Source: the human T2T-CHM13v2.0 reference genome, Homo sapiens
Assembly (NCBI RefSeq): GCF_009914755.1
Contig: NC_060930.1
DNA: 64,000 nt
Direction: 5' to 3' (one strand)
A program made the translations under genes and the position numbers. Shown here in pieces: positions 45,950 through 59,328 of this stretch; position 1 is the first letter of the stretch; each line of letters opens with the position of its first letter. The notes beneath the pieces were generated by a model. That model did no database searches and had not been told where the DNA came from. It saw only the letters and a program-made list of their open reading frames with translations.

Positions 45950-48180
45950 CCCTTACCATCCCATAAATACTTAATAGCCCTTACCCCACTCAATGCCAAT
46001 ATCCCATCCCACAGCACTCTTTAAAAGGATTAAAGCCTGTTATCACTTGCCTGTTACAGCATGGCCCTTTAAAGCCTATAAACTCTCCTTACAATTCCCC
46101 CATTTTACCTGTCCTAAAACTGGACAAGCCTTACAGGTTAGTTCAGGATCTGCGCTTTATCAATGAAATTGTTTTGCCTATCCACCCCATGGTGCCAAAC
46201 CCATATACTCTCCTATTCTCAATACCTCCCTCCACAACCAATGATTCTGTTCTGGATCTCAAACATGCTTACTTTACTATTCCTTTGCACCTTTTCTTTA
46301 CTATTCCTTTGCATCCTTCATCCCAGCCTCTCTTTGCTTTCACTTGGACTGACCCTGACACCCATCAGGCTCAGCAAATTACCTGGGCTGTATTGCTGCA
46401 AGGCTTCACAGACAGCCCCCATTATTTCAGTCAAGCCAGAGTTCTTACACAAGAGCTGGGACTGCAGCCGGTAGCCTTTTTATCCAAACAACTTGACCTT
46501 ACTGTTTTAACCTAGCCTTCATGTCTGTGTGTGGCAGCTGCCACTGCCCTAATACTTTTAGAGGCCCTCAAAATCACAAACTATGCTCAACTCACTCTCT
46601 ACAGTTCTCATAACTTCCAAAATTTATTTTCTTCTTCCCACCTGACACATATACTTTCTGGTCCCCAGCTCCTTCAGCTATACTCACTCTTTGCTGAGTC
46701 TCCCACAATTACCATTGTTCCTGGCCTGGACCTCAATCCGGCCTCCCACATTATTCCTGATACCACACCTGACCCCCATGATTGTATCTCTCTGATCCAT
46801 CTGACATTCACCCCATTTCCCCATATTTCTTTCTTTCCTGTTCCTCACCTGAACACACTTGTTTTATTGATGGCAGTTCCACCAGGCCTAATCATCACTC
46901 ACCAGCAAAGGCAGGCTATGCTATAGTATCTTCCACACCTATCATTGAGGCTACCGCTCTGCCCCCTCCACTACCTCTCAACAAGCCAAACTCATTGCCT
47001 TAACTCGAGCCCTCACTCTTGCAAAAGGACTATGTATCAGTATTTATACTGACTCTAAATATGCCTTTCATATCCTGCACCATCATGCTGTTATATGGGC
47101 AGAAAGAAATTTCCTCACTATGCAAGTGTCCTCCATCATTAATGCCTCTTTAATAAAAACTCTTCTCAAGACTGCTTTACTTCCAAAGGAAGCTGGAGTC
47201 ATTCACTGCAAGGGCCATCAAAAGGCATCAGATCCCATGGCTCAGGATAATGCTTATGCTGATAAGGTAGCTAAAAAAGCAGCTAGCGTTCCAACTTCTA
47301 TCCCTCACAGCAGTTTTTCTTCTTCTCATCTGGCCACTCCCACCTACTCCCCAATGAAATTTCCACCTATCAATCTCTTCCCACACAAGGCAAATTGTTC
47401 TTGGACCAAGGAAAATATCTCCTTCCAGCCTCACAGGCCCATTCTATTCTGTCATCATTTCATAACCTCTTCCATGTAGGTTATAAGCTGCTAGCCCATC
47501 TCTTAGAACCTCTCACTTCCTTTCCATCATGGAGATCTATCCTCAAGGAAATTACTTCTCAGTGTTCCATCTGCTATTCTACTACCCCTCCGGGATTGTT
47601 CTAGCCCCCTCCATTTCCTACATATCAAGCTCGGGGATTCGCCCCTGCCCAGAATTGGCAAATTGACTTTACTCACATGCCCCGAGTCAGGAAACTAAAA
47701 TACCTCTTGGTCTGGATAGACACTTTCACTGGCTGGGTAGAGACCTTTCCCACAGGGTCTGAAAGTCCACCATGGTCATTTCTTCCCTTCTGTCAGACAT
47801 AATTCCTCAGTTTGGCCTTTCCACCTCTATACAGTCCAATAAGAGACTGGCCTTTATTAGTCAAATCACCCAAGCAGTTTCTCAGGCTCTTGGTATTCAG
47901 TGAAACCTTTATATCCCTTACCATCCTCAATCTTCAGGAAAGGTAGAACGGACTAATGGTCTTTTAAAAACACACTCACCAAGCTCAGCCACCAACTTAA
48001 AAAGGACTGGACAATACTTTTACCACTTTCCCTTCTCAGAATTCGGGCCTGTCCTCAGAATGCTACAGGGTACAGCCCATTTGAGCTCTTATATAGACGC
48101 TCCTTTTCATTAGACTCCATTCTCATTCCAGACACCAGATCAACTTGGACTGCAACCCAAAAAACTTGTCATCCTTACTA
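45950..48180 (+). pseudogene. pol: HERV-H pol remnant (partial RT, RNase H, integrase)
   Basis: VPNPYTLL, VLDLKHAYF, WAVLLQGFTDSPHYF, FIDGSS, YTDSKY, HCKGHQ, WQIDFTHM; YxDD region deleted. Confidence 0.9.
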
Positions 48181-48752
48181 TCTTCTTTCTAGTCATACTC
48201 TTATTCACCATTCTCAACTACTCATAAATACCCTGCTCTTGTTCACACTGCTGGTTTACACTGTTTCTCCAAGCCATCACAGCTGATATCTCCTGGTGCT
48301 ATCCCCAAACCACCACTCTCAACTCCCTCTTAAAGTAAATAAATAATCTTTGCTGGCAGGGCTAGACTGAACCCCCTTGAGCACTCTCTAATTGGATGTC
48401 CTGGGTCCTCCCAATTCTTAATCCTTTAATACCTGTTTTTTCTCCTCTTAATTTGGACCTTGTGTCTTCCATTTAGTTTCTCAATTCACATAAAACCACA
48501 TCCAAGCCATCACCAATCATTCTATATGACAAATGCTCCTTTTAACAACCCCACAATATCACCCCTTACCACAAAATCTTCCTTCAGCTTAATCTCTCCC
48601 ACTCTAGGTTCCCAAGCCACCCCAATCCCACTCGAAGCACCCCTGAGAAACATCACCCATTATGTCTCCATACCACCCCCCAAAATTTTTGCTGCCCCAA
48701 CACTTTACCACTATTTCATTTTATTTTTCTTATTAATATAAGAAGACAGGAA

Positions 48753-49163
48753 TGTCAGGCCTCTGAGCCTAAGCTAAGCCATCATATCCCCTGTGACCTG
48801 CACATATACATCCAGATGGCCTGAAGTAACTGAAGAATTACAAAAGAAGTGAAAATGTTGTGAAAGTTCCTGCTTTAACTGATGACATTACCTTGTGAAA
48901 TTCTTTCTCCTGGCTCATCCTGGCTCAAAAGCTCCCCCACTGAGCACCTTGTGACCTGCCCCCTACCCCCCCTCCCCGCCTGCCAAAGAAAACCCACTTT
49001 GACTAATTTTCCTTTACCTACCCAAATCATATAAAACGGCCCACCTCTATCTCCCTTCACTGACTCTTTTCGGACTCAGCCCGCCTGCACCCGGGTGAAA
49101 TAAACAGCCTTTTTGCTCACACAAAGTCTGTTTGGTGGTCTCTTCATAGGGACATGAGTGAAA
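48753..49163 (+). promoter_or_regulatory. HERV-H 3' LTR7 with poly(A) signal; preceded by PPT aagaagacaggaa (48740-48752)
   Basis: Direct repeat of the 5' LTR; aataaa at about 49099. Confidence 0.93.
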
Positions 49164-50124
49164 CAAAGAATGAGGAAGAGTCTCTGGGCCAGCAAGAGCA
49201 ACTGGAGATGGGAAAGAAGGACTTTGAAGTTAAAATCTGTAAATATTATTCCTTACATAAAAATCACCATGTTTCTCCAAATAGTGATGAAAATATTTGC
49301 AGCTTTTCATTAGAACATCCTTGAGACTTTGTGAAAGTGGTGCTTAGTAGTTTATAGAGGAGAAAATTAGAAAAAAAGAGGGAATTAGTAATTCAGTGGT
49401 TAGACAGGAGAATATTTTTTGAATGACCACTGCTCCTTCATTGTGTCTTCCATTGCTCCTCATTACCTCTTCAGAAACTGCTGCTTTCATTGTTTCTAAT
49501 GGTTAGAAACACATGGGGGATATCGTGCTGAAGCAGGCATTGGAAGAGTATTTGGGTGTGAACAAAAGCCAAAGGAAATAGTAAAATACATTAAGTGAAT
49601 GATTTAGATTAGAAAATAAATATTTCCTAGGTTCTGAATGAAAATACAGAGCTGCTCTAGTTTAGACATTTTACTTTCCATCTGAGAAGGATGGTGTTCA
49701 CACTGACTGAGTCAGAGAAACACAGATAATGGGAGTCCATATTGAATATACAATTAGGTTTCTTGACTTTCCTTTGACAGGGAATTGTATTAGCCTCTTA
49801 TAAAAAAGCTAGAGTAAATTGATCTTACTATTTTCTCTCCCTTTAATCTGCTTTGGTGTTCCCTTTTCCTATTGGCCAAATGTAATCAGAGAAGCCATTG
49901 ATAATACAGGATAATACTGTTCATACTGCTCAGAGACAGAGAGCAGGTGAATAAGACAAGAGAATACATCTGGAAGAGAAACAGGTAACTAACATGCTAG
50001 TTTTTTTTTTTTTTTTAATTTGTCCTTTCAAGGTTTTCCCATGAGTTTAATTTGATTAAAAACACTTCGTTGAGAGTTATATTCTGGTCACTATTCTCTT
50101 TCACACTTACATATCATTTAAGAT

Positions 50125-50506
50125 TGTGAACCCTTACATATGCTCAAGGTGGTCAGAGCACAGTTTGGTTTTAAACATTTTAAGGATACATGAGACCTCA
50201 ATCAACACATGTAAGACAAGCATTGTTTCAGTTTGGAAAAGGAGGGATGACTCAAAGCAAGGGTGGGACAACTTGAAGTGGGAAAGGGGCTTCCAGGTCA
50301 TAGGTAGATAAGAGACAAATGGTTGCATTCTTTCGAATTTCTGAATTAGCCTGACCTAAGGAGGCAATGAGATATGCATTTATCTCAGTGAGCAGAGGGG
50401 TGACTTTGAATAGAATGGGAGGCAGGTTTGCCCTAAGCAGTTCCCAGCTTGACTTTTCTCTTTAGCTTAGTGATTTGGGGGCCCCTAGATTTATTTTCCC
50501 TTCACA
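50125..50506 (-). mobile_element. MER4A1-type solo LTR with internal deletion
   Basis: Reverse complement begins TGTGAAGGGAAAATAAATCTAGGGGCCCCCAAATCACTAAGC; TSD agat / agtt. Confidence 0.88.
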
Positions 50507-51360
50507 AGTTATAGAAGGGATGAATACATTTTTTTTTTTTTTTTAGAAAACCAGGCCAACTTATATTTTTTCCTGTCCCTCTTATCTAGTTTAAATGGTA
50601 TAAGGCAAAGGTGTTACAAATAACTATGAGATGGAGTGATATTAATGACATAGAAAAGTAAGAGTCATATGGAAATGTTCAATTCACCATGCTGACAAGA
50701 GTGACTTTTACAACTAATTTAGTTCATTTACTGCTGTTTAAATATAATTATAAGTGTGAGGGATATTTCCTATATTCTGTAATTTACCACTTGTGCTCTC
50801 TACAAGTGTCTTTATTCTACAAAAAGTAACCCCACTATATCATTCACCAAAAAAAAAAATTAAAGAAAATCAAATGCCTGAATATTACCCATATCATTGT
50901 CCTAGGCTAAAAATATTTATGGGTAGTCATAAAATTAGCTATCCTTTTACAAATATTTAACCTGTAGCATGTATGCTGTTGATATCCAGTGGAGGGTATT
51001 ACAGGAGTTGACTATGTTATATATCTTATTTAAAGAATGACTAATTTGGGGGGGAGCTTTAAAATTACTTCACTTTAACTTTCTTAAGTTTTTCACAATT
51101 TTATTTTATAAAAAAAATTCAAGTTAAGAATTCAACTGGTTTTCATTACGTCCTTCAAAATAGTTTCCAAACAAGTATATTTTCATGCTTAACTGTTTCA
51201 GACAGCCTAACTTAACAGATGTACACAGTTATACAGAGAAACTCAAAAAGTGATTTCTAAGGATTTTCTTAATAGTAAACTAATTTCACCACTCAGCATG
51301 TTTATCATTTCTATTTTTTTCTCTTTTTTCTTCTTCTTGTACTGCTTTGTTTAAATTTAA

Positions 51361-51636
51361 TTTTTTTTTTTATTTTTTACAGTACATAGTAAGTGTATAT
51401 ATTTGTAGGGTACATGAGATCCGACAAAGACATTTCAAAACAAACAATCTAATCACACTCTTTAAGCTATTTTAACGTGTACCATTAAGTTATTATGGAC
51501 TATAGTCACCCTGTTGCACTATCAAATAGTTATTCACTGTTTCTATTTCTTTTTTTTTTTTGTAGCCATTAAACATCCCTACCTCCTCCCAAGTCCCCCC
51601 ACTACTCTTCCAAGCCTCTGGTAAGCATCCTTCTAG
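51361..51636 (-). mobile_element. L1MA1/2-like 3' UTR fragment
   Basis: tacatagtaagtgtatatatttgtagggtacatgag...gactatagtcaccctgttg...agcctctggtaa. Confidence 0.8.
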
Positions 51637-52929
51637 AAGAAAAAGTTACCTTTGATGAATATCTTCATACAGATTTAAATAACCAACACTATGTTCTAAA
51701 AACTTTGGTAAACAATTCAGAAATTAAAAAAAAAATACATAGGTTCATCACCCACACAGGTGAAGAAAGTCTATATAATAGAAAGAAAAATTCAAAACAC
51801 TATTGTGTTTAATTTTTAAGTATGGTCTTAGTTTTGATTTTGTAAAAATCAAGGCCTGAGGCAAGGATTAAAGCTACATTCTTTGGGAAGTGCAAGCCCA
51901 GGGTGTTGAGAGTGAAATCAAAATGAGGTGACAACAATGAAAAATGTGCTTATCACTGCACTGGACACCTTTCACAGTTCTCAAGGTGAAATAGACCTTG
52001 TTCAGCAGGCATAGGTTTCTTTACATGTGGGACTTTCTTTGCAAGAACTGTAAAGAGAAATCATACCTCAGAGAAGAGTATGAAAAGAAAAAAAGAGAAG
52101 AAATGTCTTTGCTTGTTTCTCTTACATCTCCCAGTTCTCATTAGTCAAGGAACACTCCATGGAATGAAATTCCTTGAATTTCTGGGTTGTGGCTGCCTTC
52201 TACATAGCAATCATTCAGGAAGCTATAGTCTCTGCCCAATAAGGTGGCATTTCATCTAAGTAAGAAAATGGCAGGAGACACAGGAACTCAGTGATTATAG
52301 GAACTTGATGAGCCAGCTAGGTGAGCTTGTAAAGAGGAATCTTCTTTGGAAAGAAGGAATTAAGAGAACGAATCTGAGAAGGCATACAAAGTTGGTAACA
52401 CTGGAAAAATAAACTAAAATGGCTTGAACTTGATAATGGTTTACAAGGGAACATTCAAGAAATATTTAATATTCACTGATAAACATATTATATTAGAATT
52501 ACACCTGTGCTTGTCTCTCCTATCGGCTTGTAAATATTAGGATGGGATTTTTTTTCTCATTTATTTTTACAATCCCCATATGCTTAGGCTTTATAATTAA
52601 CACCCCTCCACACACATACTCACACACACTCACATATATATTTTTAACATATCTTACCAAGATATTTCAAATAATCGAGTGACAAAAGTGTGCTTCTATG
52701 AATGTATGATTTCTAAAGGTGGTAATTTGGGGGAGATATTAAAACTCACTTAAAAATTGGATATTTGTAAGAAAACCTTTTTGGGTAGCAGAACAGACAC
52801 GGGGTAGAAGAAGCTGAAAATTTAAGACAGCCAATAAGAGATATCATTACTCATCTCATTTTACAAGGTCTTAATTAATAAAAATATGATTTTATTTATT
52901 AATTAATAAAAATATGATTTAATGAATAA

Positions 52930-53110
52930 AATTCATTAAAAATTTATTCAACAATGTTCATGGAATACATACTGTATTCTATATCCTGTATTGGCACTGA
53001 AGACCTCAAAATGTGTAAGACTGTTCTTTCTAGAAACTTAGAGACTAATGAAAGAAATAGGAATGTAAACAATTCATTATTTATTATCATAACTTTTAAG
53101 AGGTGCTTTA
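52930..53110 (-). mobile_element. L2 3' fragment
   Basis: atttattcaacaatgttcatggaatacatactgt...ggcactgaaga. Confidence 0.5.
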
Positions 53111-53973
53111 ATGGGTAAATAATGAATAAGTATTGCTCAAGTCAGTTCTATACAGCTACAACATTACTTTGGACTAACTCTACCTAAAATTATAGCAATG
53201 AAAAATAGAAAATAAAAATCATCCAGAACATTTATAGCATCTTCAACATACATAATGAAGTAAGCAGAAGGAGAACACGGAAATAAAATCTGGTGCATAG
53301 CATTGATATTGCATAATTGTAACAGTACACACAGGTTATTGTAATATTCTATAGGATAAGTCAAAATTTAACAACATTGATAGAACTATGAATGTCTGTA
53401 TACACAAAAAACTGAAATAATTTATTAAAGGAAACAAATTAAGTTTTTACAGGCATGTATTGTCTCATTGTGTTTTGCTTTGTTGCACTTTGCAGATACT
53501 GCATTTTTTACAAATCAAAGGTTTGTGGCAGCCCTGTGTCAAGCAAGTTTACCGGCACCGTTTTCCCAACAGCTTGTGCTCATCTTGTATCTCTGTGTCA
53601 CATTTTGATAATTTTCACAATATTTCAAATCTTTTCATTACTGTTCTATCTGATATGGTAATCTGTGATCAGTGATGTTTGATGTCATTGTTTAATTGTT
53701 TTAGGAAGCCAAGAAATGTGCCCATATAAGACAGCAAATTTAATAAATATTGTGTGTGCTTTGACTGCTTCATCCACTGGCCATTTCTTCATTTCTATCC
53801 CTTCCCTCAAGCCTCCCTAGTGACTGATATTCACTGACATTGCCTATTCACTCCCTACACACTGATATTCACACAATAATATTTAAATTAGGCCAATTAA
53901 TAACCCTAAGATGCCCTCTAACTGTACAAATGGAACAAAGAGTCATACATTTCTCACTTTAAATTGAAATCTA

Positions 53974-54263
53974 TACCCGGGCAGGGTGGCTCACGCCTGT
54001 GATCCCAGCACTTTGGGAGGCCAAGGCAGGTGAATCATGAAGTCAGGAGTTCAAGACCAGCCTGGCCAACACGGTGAAACCCTGTTTCTACTAAATATAC
54101 AAAAATTAGCCAAGTGTGGTGGTGGGTGCCTGTAATCCCAGATACTCAGGAGGCTGAGGCAGGAGAATCGCTTGAACCCAGGAGGCAGATGTTGCAGTGA
54201 GCTGAGATCTCCTACTGCACTCCAGCCTGGGCAACAGAGCAAGACTCCATCTCAAAAAAAGAA
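53974..54263 (+). mobile_element. AluS (Sg-like) in Tigger1
   Basis: Dimeric Alu; degenerate TSD aaattgaaatcta / aaatcaaaagcta. Confidence 0.92.
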
Positions 54264-54851
54264 AAATCAAAAGCTATAAATGGAACAACAAATTCTGTAT
54301 GATAGTACATCTGTTTACAGCATGGTTTACTGAATATTTTAAGCCCACTGTTGAGATCAACTGAACAGAAAAACAGATTCCTTTCAAAATATTACTACTC
54401 ATTGACAATGCCCTGGTATCCCAAGAGCCCTGATGTAGATGTACAAGGAGATTAATGTTGTTTCCATGCCTGATAACATAGCATCCATTCTGTAGCCCAG
54501 GGATCAAGTAGTAATTTTTACCCTTGAGTATATTATTTAATAAATACATTTTGTAAGGCTATAGTTTTCATAGATAATGATTCATTTTATGGATTTGGGC
54601 AAAGTCAATTGGAAAACTTCTGGAAAGCCTTCACCATTCTAGTTGTCATTAGGAATATTAGTGATTCATGGGAGAAGGTCAAAATATCCACATGAACAGG
54701 AGTTTAGAAGAAGTTGATTCTAACCCTCCTGGATGACTTTGAGAGGTTCAAGACTTAAGTGAAGGAAGCCACTGCAAATATGGTAGAAACAGCCAGAGAA
54801 CTAGAATTATAAGTGGAGCCTGAAGATGTGATTGAATTGCTGTAATTGCAT

Positions 54852-55242
54852 TGATATTGTTTGGATATTTGTCCCGCCCAAATCTCATGTTGAAATGTAA
54901 TCCCCAATGTTGGAGGGGGAGCCTGGTGGTAGATGTTTGGGTCATGGGGCTGGATCCATTATGGCTTAGTGCTGTCCTTGCAATAGTGAGTGAGTTCTCA
55001 TGAGATCTGGTTGTTTAAAAGTATATGACACCTTTCCCCTTGCTTCTGTTCTCTCCACATGACATGCTTGTTCCCACTTTGCCTTACTCCATGAATAAAA
55101 GTTTCCTGAGGCTTACCCAGACCCCAAGCAGATGTCAGTCTCATGCACTTACAGCCTGCAGAATGAGTCAATCACACCTCTTTCCTTTATAAATTACCCA
55201 GTCTGTTATTCCTTTATAGCAATGTAAGAAAGAGCTAACACA
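54852..55242 (+). mobile_element. MSTB-like MaLR solo LTR in Tigger1
   Basis: tgatattgtttggatatttgtcccgcccaaatctcatgttg...ctaacaca. Confidence 0.88.
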
Positions 55243-55941
55243 CACATGATCAAATTTGAACAGATGAGGAGTTGCTTTTTATGGATGAGCAAAGAAAGTG
55301 GTTTCTTGAGATAGAATATACTTTTGGTGAAGATTCTGTGAACATTGTTGAATGACAACAAAGGATTTAGAATATTACATAAACTTAGTTCACAAAGCAG
55401 CAGCAGGATTTAAGAGGATTGAATCCAATTTTGAAAGTTCTCCTGTGGGTAAAAATGCTATAAAATACCATCATATACTACATAGAAATCTTTCATAAAA
55501 GGAAGATTCATTCAATGTGGCCAACATCATTATTGTCTTATTTTCAGAAATTGCCACAGCCACCCCAACCCTGATTAGTCAGCAACCATCAACATTGAGG
55601 CAAGACCCACAGCCAATCAAAAGATTAGGACTGGTTGAAGGCTCAGATGATCATTAATATATTTTAGCAATGCGATATTTTTAAAATTAGGTATATACCT
55701 TTTTAAGAACATAGTGATATTGAACAAATTAATAGACTATAGTATAATGTAAACATAACTTTTATATACACTGGGAAACAAAAAATTTTTGTGACTTGCC
55801 TTATTATGGTGGTCTAGAGATGAACCTACAGTTTCCCCAAGTTATGTCTATATTTTTGTGAGTTTTTATTTCATGACATCCAAAGTTTCTTGGAGGATAT
55901 TTTTATATATATACACACATATATATGTAAATATATATGTA

Positions 55942-56053
55942 TTTTTTTGAGATGGTTTCATTATGTTGCTCAGGAACTCCTGAGCTCAAACAATCCACTT
56001 CTCTTGGCCTCCCAAAGTGCTGGGTTTACAGACATGAGCCACCACATCTGTCC
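55942..56053 (-). mobile_element. FLAM/Alu monomer
   Basis: ctcctgagctcaaacaatcc...cctcccaaagtgctggg...atgagccacc. Confidence 0.8.
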
Positions 56054-56383
56054 TATTCTATATTTTTATTCAGATGCCAGACAGCAAGGGGATGCATGCC
56101 CTTAAGCAAGGAGAAAAAAGAAGGTGCTAAATTATAATTTTGATAATATGAGACTAAAAATATTAAAATAGAATATACTTATACTTATTCCTTGTTTAGA
56201 AAATGATTTAAAGCATTTTATAAAGATATATCAAATCAAAGATACAATAAATCTGGAAAATGAAAGGCAAAATAAAAATAGAGTGGGAAAATTTTTAAAC
56301 AGCTTTAATTATTTAGATTAGTACATATTATGCTTGCCAGAAGTGGGACACAAATGTAATACTAAACTTCCGGCAGCGATTTT

Positions 56384-56410
56384 TGTGTGTGTGTATGTGT
56401 GTGTGTGTGT
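56384..56410. repeat. (TG)n microsatellite, imperfect
   Basis: Seen directly. Confidence 0.85.
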
Positions 56411-58515
56411 CAGAGAAAGGGGGAGATATTATATGCCTACATTTTAGAATTTATAAGATAAAAACAAACTATTTTCTAAAGAGAGACAAAATTACCCTTG
56501 ATAATAAAATTTAAGTTTAACCATAAACCTAGTAACATGTTCTTAATATAGATTGATGTCATGATACCAAAGCACAAAAACACACAGCAGGAGAGAAGAA
56601 CAAAAGTAATGAGACTCAAGTGTGTGGCTCTCTGATGATCTAGCTTATTTCAAGGATAAATTTTGAATTATCTAAAAGATGAATAAATTGCCTATGCTTC
56701 CTGTTATATTACTGGAATAGCAAATTCAATATCTATTAACTCCTTTTCTCTTTACTGGGCTTTTGAAAACTTTCTATTTAGTGACAGAGCTTTTGAAGTT
56801 ATACTCTTTGACAGGTGGCTGGAATATTTGTATTCTTTATAAAATAAGTGCACAGCTGTGTATTTTTAATAGTCAGCTAAGCTGAAGGCAGGGTAAAAAT
56901 GGAAGAACTCAAAGAGAGAGGGAGAAAGGGTCTGCATACAATGGTATTCCAAGTACTCCTAGAAGTGAGCAAAAAGAAACCTAACTGGAGCCACATTTAT
57001 GTGATGGTTGATTTTTGCCTAAATAGATTTCCAAAGGAGATAAAGGGACAGTTATTTTAGTCATAACAAAAACCAAGACAAACACATGACCATGCATGTA
57101 CACACAAACACATGGACACATAATAAAGGTCCTGGAGCATATTGAGTTTGGAGATATGTAAGTTACTTATATACCTTTTCAAAGAAACTAGTGACAAAAG
57201 GTACATGTAAGTAGTTAGTCGAAGTGATTCGAATAATATAATGGAGTGCCTTTTAGTTTTATTTGCTAAATTAAAAAATCCGATTTTAAGATGTTTGCTA
57301 AAATAGCTTTGGTCATAATTAATCAACAATTTGGTCAATAATATATCTGCAACACTGTTTTTTGATAATAATTAGATAGAAGAAGCAGCTATATACTACA
57401 AATATTCCTAATTCATGATAACTACATTTCCTCTCTACAAATCCATGAAAAATACATATTATATACATAGTAGACAACAAGCTTGTATCAGATCATCCAA
57501 CATGATATCAAAATATAAGAAACAAATTAAAAAACGTGTGTCAGTCTCCATCTCTTTTTTAGTATAATAGTGAAATAATACTTTTTAAATATTATATTAA
57601 AAAACCTCAGTAATGTATATTGCTCTTCAGCTGTCTGCTTATTAAAGTTAAGGTAATCTTTGATTTGGGACAGGGAGATACAGCCAGAGAAAAGGAACAA
57701 ATTATTTACAAGCAGTTTTGGCTTTCAAATATAATTTTTAATACCTGGAGCAGAAACAAAAGTAGTCTTGAAAGTGACTTTATTTTGCAGAAGCCAGAAT
57801 TTTGAAAGAATAAATGTTTGTGGTCCTCTAAACTACACAGAGTATAGAAAATTACCTAAGCAAAGTTTCCCGGTATGCAGAAAAGATGATGATCCCATTT
57901 TAGGCTACAGGAGATGCACTGGGAGAGAGGAATTAGAGTGGCAGAGATAGGTTTAGAAAGTAGAGGTTTTACAACCCACTCCATCCTGGGACTGCAAATT
58001 AGACTTTTCTTGTTTGTTGAAACCCCTAAGAGAGGAGCCCTGCACACTGGAGAATTAACTGCTGGGCTAATGCTGGGGAGGGGAGACATCAGGCATTGGC
58101 AAGGGGATTCCATAGCTCAGAAGCCCCCAAATCTGAGCATGGATAAGATATGTGGCTTTGCCTCACAAGGCTGCATCAGAGTCTGAGGAGAACTGAGCTA
58201 GAAAGCACATTATATGTGTTTGAGGTGATGGGTTATGCCAGGGATGAGGGATGATCAGCAGCAGGGGTGTTATCATTGTGTATTTGATTGTTCTGAAGGA
58301 ATAGACCATACATTACATCTATCACAATAATTAAATAGCACATAATATGAGGACAGGTGTTGTCAGTGTAAAGCATTGTATCAGTTATATTCTATCAGAA
58401 ATTATCTGATTCATGTGGATTTATTTCTCATCAAATTGACATCACAATTTCACTGCAGGTTCAGTATGATCATGTGTAGCCACAGATCTACAGTGAGCTC
58501 GTGGAAATTAGGGTC

Positions 58516-58910
58516 TGATATAGTTTGGATGATTATCCCCTCCAAATCTCATATTGAAATGTGACCCCCAATGTTGAAGGTGAGGCCTGGTGGGAGGTGT
58601 TTGGGTCACACAGGCAGATCCCTCATGAATGCTTGGTGCCCTCCCTGTGGGAGTAAGTTAGTGTAATAGTTGATTGCTCCCAAGTCTGGCACTTACTATT
58701 GTCTCTCTTGCTCCTTCTCTTGCCGTGTGATACGCTGGCTCCTCCTTTTGCCTTCTGCTATGATTGTAAGTTTCCTGAGGCCTCACCTAAAGCAGATGGC
58801 ACTATGTTTCTTGTTCAGTCTGCAGAACTATGAGGTAAATTAAAGGAAAATAAAAATGAATTACCCAGTCTCAGATATTACTTTATAGCAACATAAAACG
58901 GACTAACAGA
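58516..58910 (+). mobile_element. MSTB-like MaLR solo LTR
   Basis: tgatatagtttggat...ggactaacaga; TSD gggtc / gagtc. Confidence 0.88.
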
Positions 58911-59119
58911 GAGTCATAAATGATTTCTGTCTACACTGTCAAAGAACAAAGAAAAGTAAATGAGACCTGCTAACAATCCTGTATTATTCACAGCAGATTT
59001 CTTTATAAGGCTATATGTAATATAAGGATAATCTTTAGTGTTCATGTTTAGATATAATGCTTTTTTAAAATTTTACTTAACATAGTTTTGGACTTGGTTT
59101 TGAAGCATTTTGTTTCTGG

Positions 59120-59328
59120 TGAAGTCCCCAAAAGTAATTCTAATAAAAACAAGAATAGACAATAAGACCTAATTAAACTAAGAAGCTTCTGCACAGAAAA
59201 AAAAAAAAAAAAACAACTATCAACAGAGCAAACAGACAATCTACAGAATAACAGAAGATATTTGTGAACTATGCATCCAACAAAGTCCTAATATCCAGAA
59301 TCTATAGGGAACTGAAATCAACAAGCAA
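59120..59328 (+). mobile_element. Internal L1 ORF2 fragment (L1PA13-16/L1PB-like)
   Basis: gacctaattaaactaagaagcttctgcacag...taatatccagaatctata. Confidence 0.82.

Larger units (their letters stand above)
43201..49163 (+). mobile_element. HERV-H provirus, internally deleted, two LTR7
   Basis: LTRs at 43201-43598 and 48753-49163; 5-bp TSD caaag at 43196-43200 and 49164-49168; His-type PBS; PPT; gag-pro-pol remnants. Confidence 0.97.
53450..55850 (+). mobile_element. Tigger1, internally deleted, interrupted by an Alu and an MSTB
   Basis: TA-caggcat... start and ...gttatgtcta-TA end; DDE-region remnant (ttactactcattgacaatgcc, LLLIDNA). Confidence 0.9.

Noticed and set aside
52871-52920. 22-bp AT-rich unit repeated with 28-bp period
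   Set aside because: Simple tandem duplication in low-complexity DNA
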